Assembly (NCBI RefSeq): GCF_000392435.1
Contig: NC_021219.1
Coordinates: 981,782 to 1,013,781 of the forward strand
Source: Candidatus Saccharimonas aalborgensis
GTDB taxonomy: Bacteria > Patescibacteriota > Saccharimonadia > Saccharimonadales > Saccharimonadaceae
Direction: 5' to 3'
DNA length: 32,000 nucleotides
Both the position numbers and the translations under genes were made by a program. Positions 14,856-24,343 of this stretch are shown piece by piece; the stretch's first letter is position 1, and each line of letters starts with the position of its first letter. Below the pieces are notes generated by a model, which did not search any database, was not told the origin of the DNA, and saw only the letters and a list, made by a program, of their open reading frames with translations.

Positions 14856-16292
14856 ATTTGCACTATAGATAGACTTACCCGGAGAACCATTTGGCCCAAA
14901 CAACTGCTCAATACTGACAAACACATAGCCCTGTTTTGTGAGTGTCTCGAGGATGCGTGGAACAGCCGCGACACTCGTCTGGTGAATGTCGTGCAAAATG
15001 ATAATCGCACCCGGTTTTGCCCCCGCTATCACTCGGTTGTACACGATATCTGTGTTGCGATCAGCCCAATCGCGTGTATCTACCGACCACATGATTGCCG
15101 TCATCTTACGCTCGACTAGCACAGTGTAGACCGTATGGTTGATAGCACCATTTGGTGGACGCATATAGGGTGTATCTTTGCCGGTAACTTGCTTGATTGC
15201 GTTATTTGTCCGGGTGAGCTCGTCATTGATACGAGCGGGTGTCAGATACGAAAGTGACGGATGACCCCAGCTATGGTTCCCGATCGTGTTTCCAGTATCA
15301 GACGCTCGTTTCAGTACGTCGCGGTGCTTATCGATATTTTGACCGATGACAAAGAAACTTGCATGTGCATGATAACGCTGCAATGCGTCGAGCACTTGGT
15401 TTGTATAGTTGCTCGGCCCGTCGTCAAACGTCAAAGCAATACATTTGAGTTTTGAGCAGTCTACGTCACCGTTTTTGAGTGGCTGATACTCGGGTATTTG
15501 ATCGATTGAGACGATATCAAGAAGTTTTCTGGCTTGATCGGTCTGCAAAAACAGTTGCAAGTTATCAATTGGCAGCGATACATCGATAGCGCCTGCCGCT
15601 TCGCTGGCAATCACGCCTTGGCCAAATGAGAATTGAATCGTATGCGGATTTGTGATGACAAATGACCCAAATGAAGGACTATCAAAAACCTTATTGACGA
15701 GGCGGTCATCATATTCGTTTGTTACCTCGAGACGAGCCATCAGTTTTTGTTTGAGGTAGAGCTTTGTCCGTGCGATACCATCTGTGCTTTTTTGTCCATA
15801 GAGGTCTCGGAGCGTGATTTCTTTGCCGGTTTTTAGATCAAATGTCCACGCCCTGACATCAGTTCGGGGGCTTGATCCCCCTACCTCACTTCTGCTCTGT
15901 ATCAAGATCGAGATAGTGTCGGTACCCTTGTTTGTGAGCTGGTAGGTAGCATTCAGTTTTGACATGGGGCGAGGCACGATCATACGCGCACCTTCTACAT
16001 CTCTTAAGAACTGCGTTTTTCGTTCGTCGAGGTAGCTACGCACACTAGCGGTTATCATTTTGTTGTCCATTTCAGGATATTCGACCATCATCGTTATATG
16101 CCGAGACGAAACAGAGGTAACTTTTGACTTGACTCCTTCGTAGCGTGCATCAACCCAAAAATACTGCTCATTGATGGCTTCGGTGACGGGTCGAAGCCAA
16201 CTGACTACAAAAAATAATGCTGTTCCGCTGATGATAGAGACGATTATCACCAGCGCCCAGGGGAACCGCGCTCGACGGGCACGCCGTCTCAT
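14853..16292 (-). CDS. PdaC-like polysaccharide/peptidoglycan deacetylase (membrane anchor, DUF3298-like region, NodB domain)
   Basis: NodB motifs TFDDGPS, GNHSWGHPSLSYL, MRPPNGAIN, ILHDIH; N-terminal TM; YQLTNKGTDTISILIQS...TFDLKTGKEITLRDLY. Confidence 0.85.
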   Translation of the reverse strand: MRRRARRARFPWALVIIVSIISGTALFFVVSWLRPVTEAINEQYFWVDARYEGVKSKVTSVSSRHITMMVEYPEMDNKMITASVRSYLDERKTQFLRDVEGARMIVPRPMSKLNATYQLTNKGTDTISILIQSRSEVGGSSPRTDVRAWTFDLKTGKEITLRDLYGQKSTDGIARTKLYLKQKLMARLEVTNEYDDRLVNKVFDSPSFGSFVITNPHTIQFSFGQGVIASEAAGAIDVSLPIDNLQLFLQTDQARKLLDIVSIDQIPEYQPLKNGDVDCSKLKCIALTFDDGPSNYTNQVLDALQRYHAHASFFVIGQNIDKHRDVLKRASDTGNTIGNHSWGHPSLSYLTPARINDELTRTNNAIKQVTGKDTPYMRPPNGAINHTVYTVLVERKMTAIMWSVDTRDWADRNTDIVYNRVIAGAKPGAIIILHDIHQTSVAAVPRILETLTKQGYVFVSIEQLFGPNGSPGKSIYSAN

Positions 16293-16615
16293 AGAGCAAT
16301 TCCGGCGGGGACAAAGTAACAGAGGATGCCGACAATGATGAGTATGGCATACCATAGTTTTCTATCAAACTGGTAGGCTTCAAATCGCCTGACAATCAAC
16401 ATCCCAAATACCATGCCGACTGGTATTGCCCCTAACGGTATTGTTGACCACAGGACGATAGGAGTGCGAAACTTTATCCAGACTGTCGCTAATAGCACAT
16501 AGAGCACCAATTTTAACAGGTATTGACCATCGGTTTCGTGTTGCTTTTCGTACCCTCGCCGAGAAAATAGGCGATTTCGGGCATACGTGCGTTGTTTGTT
16601 TCTCTCGGAAACCAT
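16289..16615 (-). CDS. Small membrane protein (two predicted TM segments), operonic with the deacetylase
   Basis: LLKLVLYVLLATVWIKFRTPIVLWSTIPLGAIPVGMVFGMLIV...; the stop overlaps the downstream start. Confidence 0.6.
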   Translation of the reverse strand: MVSERNKQRTYARNRLFSRRGYEKQHETDGQYLLKLVLYVLLATVWIKFRTPIVLWSTIPLGAIPVGMVFGMLIVRRFEAYQFDRKLWYAILIIVGILCYFVPAGIAL

Positions 16616-16705
16616 ATCGACAGTATAGCATAAGCGCTACTTGCGTTTTTTGGTACAGTCGTAGATAATGTAGCTCAGAATAGCATAAGCAGGATAAACT
16701 CAATC

Positions 16706-17017
16706 ATGGCCACCCCAAAGAAGAAAACCACCCCAAAAAAGCGACCCGTTTCAGTCAAAAAGACCGTTGTACGCAAGGTATCGGTTGCCCAGCAACCCAC
16801 GGTACGAACATTTAAACGTTCACATCCGTCGGACCCATTCTTTACTTTCCGCATGACACACCAGACACTTTACTGGTTTATACTCTGTGCTATGGTACTC
16901 GGTCTGGGCTTATGGGTGATTAGCATTAACGAGAAAGTCCAGCAGATCTATGATCAGATTGATCAGACAAATGCGGCCGCTGATGCTACTTATGTCCCTT
17001 TAAAAGTCAAAAAATAG
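16706..17017 (+). CDS. Hypothetical single-pass membrane protein with Lys/Pro-rich N-terminus
   Basis: MATPKKKTTPKKRPVSVKKTVVRK...LYWFILCAMVLGLGLWVISI; possible promoter TTGCGT - 17 nt - GATAAT upstream. Confidence 0.7.
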   Translation: MATPKKKTTPKKRPVSVKKTVVRKVSVAQQPTVRTFKRSHPSDPFFTFRMTHQTLYWFILCAMVLGLGLWVISINEKVQQIYDQIDQTNAAADATYVPLKVKK

Positions 17018-17040
17018 TTTTTTACAATCATTAACCAAAA

Positions 17041-17066
17041 ACCCTTCTCTGTAATTGAGAAGGGTT
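17041..17066. terminator. Bidirectional intrinsic terminator between 16706..17017 (+) and rpsJ (-)
   Basis: ACCCTTCTC-TGTAATTG-AGAAGGGT, T-tract on the plus side (TTTTTAG), A-tract on the left (T-tract on the minus strand). Confidence 0.8.
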
Positions 17067-17089
17067 TTTAGAAAAAAACGTAAACCTAG

Positions 17090-17416
17090 TTACATGCGGA
17101 TTTCGGCATCAACTCCAGCAGGGAGCGAGAGATTTTGCAAGCTATCGATCGTCTTGGGTGTTGCGTTAGTTATGTCGATCAAGCGTTTGTGGACGCGCAT
17201 CTCGAACGCTTCGCCGCCCATTTTGTAAACATGTGGACTCTTGACGACAGTGTAAGTGCTTCGGCGCGTTGGAAGCGGTACTGGTCCTGCAATTTGCGCT
17301 CCCGAACGGATTGCGGTATCGATGATTTGCTTTGCTGATTGATCGATCACCTTGTGATCATATGCTTTGAGACGAATGCGGATGCGTAGTCCCTCTGCTG
17401 GTTTTGTGTCTGCCAT
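17090..17416 (-). CDS. rpsJ: 30S ribosomal protein S10
   Basis: [55 protein letters not shown]. Confidence 0.96.
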   Translation of the reverse strand: MADTKPAEGLRIRIRLKAYDHKVIDQSAKQIIDTAIRSGAQIAGPVPLPTRRSTYTVVKSPHVYKMGGEAFEMRVHKRLIDITNATPKTIDSLQNLSLPAGVDAEIRM

Positions 17417-17554
17417 GATCAAAATCTCCTCTCAATGGCGATGCTCCAGTAACCTCTCCTCGATTCGGTGTCGACAGCGTCTGGGCGAGTTCTCTGGTGC
17501 GATTAGTATCTAGCAAGATTATACCATAGGTATCTTGAGTTGAAAAGCGAGCGC

Positions 17555-17583
17555 TTGACGACTATAAGAGCGCAATTTATAGT
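17555..17583 (+). promoter_or_regulatory. sigma70-type promoter for 17619..17975
   Basis: TTGACG - 17 nt - TATAGT. A TATAAT on the minus strand (17518-17523) is the likely -10 of rpsJ. Confidence 0.65.
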
Positions 17584-17618
17584 GAGGATATTATCAGAAA
17601 ACATAGGGGGTGAGAAAC

Positions 17619-17975
17619 ATGACTTCTTCTATTGATACCAGTCCACACGGTGAAACACGTCCATCGTTTATGGAGACATTGGCAGCACCGCACGTTTCAG
17701 CCATTAACGAACTCATCGAAAAGATGTTGGGGGATAAGGTTGAGGTCGCGCTCTATGATGTGGCTTCCGACGCATGGTCATCGGATGAGACGCTGCGAGA
17801 ACTTTATTCATTTTTAGCTAACTACGTGAAATCACTTGGATTTGTGTGTTACCAGGCAGATGGTACGAATAGAGTCGAGCTCCCATCGCAAAATGGGCAT
17901 GGCGTGGTGCTACGACAAACGATGCGCATCGGTATTCACATCCCCTCGCATGTGTTTGAGTCACTAGGTAACTAG
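17619..17975 (+). CDS. Hypothetical protein, 118 aa
   Basis: ATG at 17619 preceded by AGGGGGTG; MTSSIDTSPHGETRPSFMETLAAPHVSAINELIEKMLGDKVEVALYDVASDAW.... Confidence 0.65.
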   Translation: MTSSIDTSPHGETRPSFMETLAAPHVSAINELIEKMLGDKVEVALYDVASDAWSSDETLRELYSFLANYVKSLGFVCYQADGTNRVELPSQNGHGVVLRQTMRIGIHIPSHVFESLGN

Positions 17976-18124
17976 TTTATACCGTATTTACTATTGCGTT
18001 TTCATAACCTTTATGCTACAATCATTGCAGTAGAACAAATCCTACCGGATGAATACTCGTTTTATACTTGCTAGAGAATAATTCTTGTCGTTCATCGTAT
18101 AGCAACGCACAAGAAAGGTTTTTG

Positions 18125-19492
18125 ATGCGCCCACGTACAAGTAACTCGAGACAAACGTCTCACTATTCACCTCGCTTTGCGGGGAAAAAACGCACTCCGA
18201 CAAAACGATCAACGCAGGAAATCCACGCGAGTCGTTTTATCAATAAGGCTATCGCCCCTGTCGATGACACGCCGTACGCCGCTACTCACTTGTTTAGCGA
18301 CTTTGGCTTGAATCCTCAAACGATTGCAACGCTTGGCCACATCGGGTATGAGACACCATCGCCGATTCAAGATCGGACCATCAAACCTGGACTTGCTGGC
18401 AAAGATGTGATTGGTCTTGCAAATACCGGCACCGGTAAGACTGCCGCCTTTTTGCTGCCGATTATCGATGCACTCGCTACCACACGTACAGTACAGGGCG
18501 CTCTTGTCCTTGCTCCCACGCGTGAACTGGCCCAGCAAATAAACGACGAGTTCCGACGTTTTTCTGCAGGTCAGAAGCTCTACTCTGCACTTGTCGTCGG
18601 TGGGGTTAATATGAGCCGACAGATCAGGGAGGTTCAGCGCGGGCCACACCTTATCGTTGGCACGCCGGGTCGTATCAATGATCTGATCGATCGAAACATC
18701 TTACGGCTTGCGAGCTGCACCACATTTGTGCTCGACGAAGCAGATCGTATGTGTGATATGGGATTTGTTCGTGATATTCGCAAGATAGAGTCAGAATTGC
18801 CACGCAAGCGCCAGACATTTTGTTTTAGCGCGACGATGACAACTGATGTCAAGGCGATCGTTGAAGAGTTTATGCATGATCCCGTCACGGTCTCTGTTAT
18901 CAAAAACGAGACCAATGATCATATCGAACAAGATGTTATTCATGCTCGAGACAAGGCTCACAAGATCGAGCTGCTACTCGAACTGCTGGGTAAAGATGGT
19001 TTCGATAAGGTAATCGTGTTTTGCGACACCAAACACTTTGCACAGCGACTTTCAGATCGACTATCCAAGGAAGGGTTTACTTCAGAAGCAATTCACGGCA
19101 ATAAATCCCAGGGTCAGCGTGATCGAGCATTACGTGCGTTTAAGTCAGGCAACGTCCGTATCTTGGTGGCAACAGATGTTGCTGCACGCGGACTCGATAT
19201 TCCCAATGTTTCACATGTGATTAATTTTGATGCTCCGAAGCAATACGAGGACTATGTGCACCGAATCGGTCGTACAGGCCGCGCGGGGCAGTCAGGACAA
19301 GCCCTGACGTTTGTTTCACAACCGGGGATATCTGCCCCAAAATCACTGACAGCACGCCATCACGAACGACCCAATAGGTCTCACTCGGTTCGTACCGAAC
19401 CCACCCAAAACACCAAACCATCTCACCGTCGCCGTTTGACGGGAGGTGCTGCTGCCGAAGACCGACTTGTTCGACTGATCGACACATTGTAG
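18125..19492 (+). CDS. DEAD-box RNA helicase (RhlE/DeaD-like)
   Basis: Q-motif PSPIQDRTI, ANTGTGKTAA, APTRELAQQ, GTPGRI, LDEAD, SATMT, DVAARGLDIPNV, HRIGRTGRAG. Confidence 0.93.
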   Translation: MRPRTSNSRQTSHYSPRFAGKKRTPTKRSTQEIHASRFINKAIAPVDDTPYAATHLFSDFGLNPQTIATLGHIGYETPSPIQDRTIKPGLAGKDVIGLANTGTGKTAAFLLPIIDALATTRTVQGALVLAPTRELAQQINDEFRRFSAGQKLYSALVVGGVNMSRQIREVQRGPHLIVGTPGRINDLIDRNILRLASCTTFVLDEADRMCDMGFVRDIRKIESELPRKRQTFCFSATMTTDVKAIVEEFMHDPVTVSVIKNETNDHIEQDVIHARDKAHKIELLLELLGKDGFDKVIVFCDTKHFAQRLSDRLSKEGFTSEAIHGNKSQGQRDRALRAFKSGNVRILVATDVAARGLDIPNVSHVINFDAPKQYEDYVHRIGRTGRAGQSGQALTFVSQPGISAPKSLTARHHERPNRSHSVRTEPTQNTKPSHRRRLTGGAAAEDRLVRLIDTL

Positions 19493-19540
19493 ATTTTCGG
19501 GTATTTTCAGTGCTCAACTGATGTGATACTATACGGCAAC

Positions 19541-20458
19541 ATGGAGAAGCCGTCATCAATCCTTATGGTCCGTCCTCATCGCTTTGGCTATAACCGCCAG
19601 ACTGCGGTCGATAACCACTACCAGACCCCTGCGGGGACGGTTCGAAACGCCCGCGGCCGTGCTCAGGATGAGTTTGATACCTTAGTCGGTGTGTTGACCG
19701 ATCATCACGTCGATATCACAGTCGTCAACGATACGCCAACCCCTCATACTCCCGACTCGCTCTTCCCCAACAATTGGTTCAGTACTCATAGCGATGGTCA
19801 GGTTATTATCTATCCTATGAAGGCCGAGAATCGTCGCCACGAGATAAACAAAGAGGTCTTGCCAACCCTTCGTGAGAAATTTAGGGTTGAATCGGTACTC
19901 GACTTGAGTCACCATGCAGAGACTGAGCGGTATCTCGAGGGAACGGGAAGTATCGTGTTTGATCACGTACATAGAGTTGCGTATGCCGGCTACTCGCAGC
20001 GTACTGATCCTGAGCTACTCGCATTTGTTTCTGAGCAACTCGGCTATACCGTTGTTGGATTTCATGCAACAGATACCGAAAACCGACCGATTTATCACAC
20101 CAATGTTTTAATGGCGATTGCTGATCGTTATGCTGTCGTCTGTTTGGAGGCTCTCCGTGAACATGCTGATGTAACACGGCTCAGAAGTCGCTTGGAAGCA
20201 TCTGACAAGAGAGTGATTGAGATAACCCAAGGTCAAGTTCAACAATTTGCGGGGAATATGCTGCAGGTATGGGACCATGCAGGTAATCCTTTTCTTGTCA
20301 TGTCCGAACAGGCACGACAGTCGCTTACGGAGTCTCAGCTCTCGGAATTAGAATCTTATAACCCGCTCATTTCAAGCGCCATTCCCACTATCGAGAAGCT
20401 GGGGGGCGGTAGCGTTCGTTGCATGATGGCGGAGATTTACCTCACTCCGCATCAGTGA
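19541..20458 (+). CDS. CtlX-like amidinotransferase / arginine-deiminase-fold hydrolase
   Basis: MVRPHRFGYN...NNWFSTHSDGQVIIYPMKAENRRHE...LEGTGSIVFDH...HTNVLMAI...GSVRCMMAEIYL with catalytic-type Cys near the C-terminus. Confidence 0.82.
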   Translation: MEKPSSILMVRPHRFGYNRQTAVDNHYQTPAGTVRNARGRAQDEFDTLVGVLTDHHVDITVVNDTPTPHTPDSLFPNNWFSTHSDGQVIIYPMKAENRRHEINKEVLPTLREKFRVESVLDLSHHAETERYLEGTGSIVFDHVHRVAYAGYSQRTDPELLAFVSEQLGYTVVGFHATDTENRPIYHTNVLMAIADRYAVVCLEALREHADVTRLRSRLEASDKRVIEITQGQVQQFAGNMLQVWDHAGNPFLVMSEQARQSLTESQLSELESYNPLISSAIPTIEKLGGGSVRCMMAEIYLTPHQ

Positions 20459-20463
20459 TATCA

Positions 20464-21672
20464 TTAATATTTTTGATGTTGTGCTTGACTTTCGATCACT
20501 AGCTCAAGCTGCATTAAATTTACGAACGGAATATCATCTGCTAGAACCTGGTCCTGAAAGCTAAGGTAGGAAATATTGAGTGTATCACCTACGGCGACCT
20601 GGAAGCCGTTATTGCTCGTAGGACGTGCATTGAAACCATTGACAGTGTTAGCGTCCGTATGAACAGTCACTATGCGACCTGCACGTGTTTGTATGGTGAT
20701 TTTGTCGCGACCAATCGACTGAATCACACCCGATGTTTCCTTCCACTTTGCACTATTTATGTAGTCCCCGGCTCCGTTCCGCCAAAACACGATGATATTA
20801 TCGGTACTCAATGGACAGAAATCGATGGCATTGTGCGTGCAAGGTCTACTAAGAACGAGATCTTTAAACCCGTAATAATACTCTAGCGGATAGCTTAGCT
20901 GCACTAGTGCGACAAGTTTTGTATCGTCGCGAAGCGTATCGCTTGAGCATGAGACTGCCGTACAGTCATCTTGGTTTTTCTGGTCGATGTCTTGGCGAGT
21001 GACAAGAAGCACTGCTTTTGATGCATCAAGCTTGTCTATCGTCGACAGCTGTCCGTCAATAAGTATCTTGGTGTCAGATTCGACTTTTGTCGTCTGCTGA
21101 TCATTGTCTGATTGTTGAAGCAAGAACTCACTGGTTGTAATCGATTGACGTGTCATCGATATATTCTTTAACGGATTACTAACAAGTGTCATGGCTACAT
21201 GGCTAACATAGCCGGGAATTGAGTGATTGATCGTACTTGAATCATTTGGCCATGTTTGCACGGCCCATTGGATGACCGCTTGTTGCTCGCAGTAGGTGCT
21301 CATCAATCGCTGCACATCGGTGTCGCTGAGAGTCGCACCTTTTTTTAGCTTGTATTCGTAGGTGAGATTACCCGGCTCGCACCCCTCTGTTTTGATTGAA
21401 TATGTTTTTCGTCCGTCGCTATCAAGTGATGAGGTGACTGCTGTATGTGAACGTGTCCAGAAATACGTAATGGCATAGGCGGTCGAAGACAAAGCGCCAA
21501 TTGCCAAAAGTACTACAAGTACGATAAATACCGGCCCCCGACGGCGTAGACTAGCAAAGACGCTCCGAGATGTCTTGGTATTGATGATGCGTTTCATCAC
21601 GGCGTCGGTGAATTGTTTATCGGCAGGTGCAGCGTCTGGTCGTGCCGCAATTAACATATAGTCCGATTTCAT
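20464..21672 (-). CDS. Membrane protein encoded with ECF sigma factor; putative anti-sigma factor
   Basis: Start reset to MKSDYMLIAARPD; single TM (GPVFIVLVVLLAIGALSSTAYAITYFW) and large outside domain; 4-nt ATGA overlap with the upstream sigma gene. Confidence 0.6.
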   Translation of the reverse strand: MKSDYMLIAARPDAAPADKQFTDAVMKRIINTKTSRSVFASLRRRGPVFIVLVVLLAIGALSSTAYAITYFWTRSHTAVTSSLDSDGRKTYSIKTEGCEPGNLTYEYKLKKGATLSDTDVQRLMSTYCEQQAVIQWAVQTWPNDSSTINHSIPGYVSHVAMTLVSNPLKNISMTRQSITTSEFLLQQSDNDQQTTKVESDTKILIDGQLSTIDKLDASKAVLLVTRQDIDQKNQDDCTAVSCSSDTLRDDTKLVALVQLSYPLEYYYGFKDLVLSRPCTHNAIDFCPLSTDNIIVFWRNGAGDYINSAKWKETSGVIQSIGRDKITIQTRAGRIVTVHTDANTVNGFNARPTSNNGFQVAVGDTLNISYLSFQDQVLADDIPFVNLMQLELVIESQAQHQKY

Positions 21673-22190
21673 GATAACTCCTTTCGTAACTGAGCTTTCG
21701 CGCGTTTTATCCATGTCCCCACAGTACTGACAGGTACTGAGAGCTCGGCGGCAATCGTCTGATAGCGCTTTCCTTCCCAAAAGTAGGCCTCGATAACGCG
21801 CGCATATTCTGGTGGTTGTAATGCATGTACAGTATCGCGGATTTCTCTCTTTTCACTTTGAGTAAGTACAGGCAGTTCTTGAGGGATCATCTCTATCTCA
21901 GCAAGGTCAATCTTTTTATGACTTCTCCGTAGCTGGTCTTTCGCCAAATTTGTTGCTATCTGGTACAGCCAGGTCGAAAACGCCCCCTTAGTTTCGTTGT
22001 ACGACTTGAGAGCTTGATAAGCACGGACAAATGCTTCTTGTGCGATATCCTCTGCTAGATCGCGATCCTTAACTATATTGTCACAATGAATGATGAGGCC
22101 TGTCTGATATCGATCCACAAGTGCGCTATATGCCTGTGTCTCCCCATTTTTTATAAGTGTGATTAGTTTTTCTTCGTGCATTACCTTCAT
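21669..22190 (-). CDS. ECF-family RNA polymerase sigma factor
   Basis: Region 2 DLAEDIAQEAFVRAYQALKSYNETKGAFSTWLYQIATNLAKDQLRR; region 4 YQTIAAELSVPVSTVGTWIKRAKAQLRKEL. Confidence 0.88.
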   Translation of the reverse strand: MKVMHEEKLITLIKNGETQAYSALVDRYQTGLIIHCDNIVKDRDLAEDIAQEAFVRAYQALKSYNETKGAFSTWLYQIATNLAKDQLRRSHKKIDLAEIEMIPQELPVLTQSEKREIRDTVHALQPPEYARVIEAYFWEGKRYQTIAAELSVPVSTVGTWIKRAKAQLRKELS

Positions 22191-22228
22191 TATACGAAGT
22201 TATCAAGTGGATTATTTCAAAAACAAAG

Positions 22229-22255
22229 ACGCCCCTGTTTATTGGGGCGTTTTTG
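22229..22255. terminator. Terminator downstream of tuf, possibly bidirectional
   Basis: ACGCCCC-TGTTTATT-GGGGCGT followed by TTTTG. Confidence 0.7.
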
Positions 22256-22271
22256 TTAATTACAAGTGTAA

Positions 22272-23456
22272 TTATTTGGTGATGTTGGTGACAACACCTG
22301 CGCCGACAGTACGGCCACCTTCGCGGATAGCGAAGTCTTGACCTTTGTCCATAGCGATAGGAGCAAGCAACTTAACCTTGAAGGTCACTTGATCACCTGG
22401 CATGACCATTTCTTTGTCAGCAGGTAGTTCAACTTCACCCGTCACGTCAGTGGTGCGGAAGTAGAACTGTGGCTTGTAGCCCTTGCTAAACGGTGTGTGG
22501 CGTCCGCCTTCTTCTTTCTTGAGAATATAGACTTCGGCTTCAAACTCGGTGTGAGGTGTCAGAGTACCTGGTTTGACTACTACCTGACCACGCTCGATTT
22601 GCTCGCGCTCGATACCGCGAAGCAAGAGACCAGCGTTGTCGCCAGCCTGACCTTGATCGAGGTTCTTCTTGAACGCCTCGATGCCGGTAACAACTGAGGT
22701 CTGTGTATCTTTGAGTCCGACAATCTCAACTGCATCGTTGATCTTGACAACACCTTGTTCGATACGACCGGTCGCAACTGTACCGCGACCCTTGATCGAA
22801 AAGACATCTTCGATTGGCATGAGGAACGGCTTGTCAAGGTCACGCTTTGGCTCATCGATATAATCATCGAGTGCCTTGACGAGTTCCATGACTGCATCTT
22901 CGTTAGCTGCATCGCCTTCGAGAGCTTTCGTTGCACTACCCTTGATGATAGGTGCATTGTCGCCATCGTAGCCGTTCTTGGTGAGGAGCTCACGAACGTC
23001 CATCTCGACGAGTTCGACGAGTTCAGGATCTGCAAGGTCCATCTTGTTGAGGAAGACGACGATCTTTGGCACACCAACCTGGTGGGCAAGCAGAACGTGC
23101 TCGCGGGTCTGTGGCAATGGGCCATCGTTTGCAGCAACCACGAGGATAGCACCGTCGATCTGAGCGGCACCCGTGATCATGTTCTTGACATAGTCGGCGT
23201 GGCCTGGCATGTCAACGTGCGCATAGTGGCGCTTTTCTGACTCGTACTCCTGGTGGGAACTCGCAATGGTGATACCACGTGCTTTCTCCTCGGGAGCGTT
23301 GTCGATTTGGTCGTAGGCGACCGGCTTGTTTGTGTCACTAGGGAGCTTTTTTGCAAGCACCGCAGTGATAGCTGCTGTCAGCGTTGTCTTACCATGGTCG
23401 ACGTGACCCATAGTACCGACGTTGACGTGAGGCTTTGAACGATCAAAGTCTGCCAT
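22272..23456 (-). CDS. tuf: Elongation factor Tu
   Basis: [19 protein letters not shown]; [44 protein letters not shown]. Confidence 0.98.
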   Translation of the reverse strand: MADFDRSKPHVNVGTMGHVDHGKTTLTAAITAVLAKKLPSDTNKPVAYDQIDNAPEEKARGITIASSHQEYESEKRHYAHVDMPGHADYVKNMITGAAQIDGAILVVAANDGPLPQTREHVLLAHQVGVPKIVVFLNKMDLADPELVELVEMDVRELLTKNGYDGDNAPIIKGSATKALEGDAANEDAVMELVKALDDYIDEPKRDLDKPFLMPIEDVFSIKGRGTVATGRIEQGVVKINDAVEIVGLKDTQTSVVTGIEAFKKNLDQGQAGDNAGLLLRGIEREQIERGQVVVKPGTLTPHTEFEAEVYILKKEEGGRHTPFSKGYKPQFYFRTTDVTGEVELPADKEMVMPGDQVTFKVKLLAPIAMDKGQDFAIREGGRTVGAGVVTNITK

Positions 23457-23566
23457 AAAGGTGTATTCTCCTAATTATTATTATTACGTATTCACGACGC
23501 GAGCCGAGGTCGCACAAAAACAAACCCGTTTTCATACAAACCAACACGCGCCGCGCGTATGGTCTT

Positions 23567-23595
23567 ATTATAAATGAGGCTTTATCAGATGTAAA
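23567..23595 (-). promoter_or_regulatory. sigma70-type promoter for tuf
   Basis: Minus strand TTTACA - 17 nt - TATAAT. Confidence 0.75.
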
Positions 23596-23605
23596 GAGGC
23601 ATATA

Positions 23606-24343
23606 CTACCACGGCTTTTTGATTGAATAATCTGCCTCTCTCGAGCGATAATCACTCTCTTGGCGACGTACTTCGCCCTCTTCGATTAGTTTTTCAAGCT
23701 TATCCATCTGGTCCTTTGACGGAGCTTGATTAGCTTCTTCCACCTCCTTTCCTGTGCTATTTGGGTCTTGGTAGCTTTTTTTCTTTATAGCATTTGTAAC
23801 CGAAGAAAGCTTTTCGGCAATACGCATACTTAATTTCTCGTACTCCTTAAAACAATCGTTGTTTGCCCTTATCTCCCCAATCGCTTTTGTGTAGTACTGG
23901 ATTGCTTCTTCCGGCTTTGCACGAGCAATAGCATCATCACCAGCGAGCTCTGTAGCGAGCACAGACTGAGTACGTATAAAGCATTTTTTGTCCTCTGGCG
24001 CTAACACTATTGCTGTCCTAAACTGTTCGATCGCAAGATCAAATTGTTTCTGATGCATGGCAACAATTGCTTTATTAAATGGAACCTTATACTTTTCAAG
24101 TACTGTACCATATGCCGCGTAGTTCAACCACTGTTCCGCAGTGGTATAATCACCTCTATCTGTGGCCTGTATTGCGACTATCGTCGCGACTGTCGGTAGA
24201 GCAAGCCAACATGCTAACCCTACCAAAACCAACATTAGAGGCAACGACCATCGAAATAACGTACGTCTCCGCGCGTATCGTCTCGCTTCAAAGTCGAGCT
24301 TAGTAATATCGAGAGGACGCTCCACTGTGGCCATACTACTCAA
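23606..24343 (-). CDS. Membrane-anchored TPR-like protein, BatC-like position
   Basis: One N-terminal TM, then YTTAEQWLNYAAY...FNKAIVAMHQKQFDLAIEQFRTAIVLAPEDKK... repeats; last gene of the MoxR/VWA operon. Confidence 0.7.
   Translation of the reverse strand: MSSMATVERPLDITKLDFEARRYARRRTLFRWSLPLMLVLVGLACWLALPTVATIVAIQATDRGDYTTAEQWLNYAAYGTVLEKYKVPFNKAIVAMHQKQFDLAIEQFRTAIVLAPEDKKCFIRTQSVLATELAGDDAIARAKPEEAIQYYTKAIGEIRANNDCFKEYEKLSMRIAEKLSSVTNAIKKKSYQDPNSTGKEVEEANQAPSKDQMDKLEKLIEEGEVRRQESDYRSREADYSIKKPW

Noticed and set aside
22580-23240. 196-aa minus and 161-aa plus ORFs within tuf
   Set aside because: Out-of-frame readings of the EF-Tu gene.
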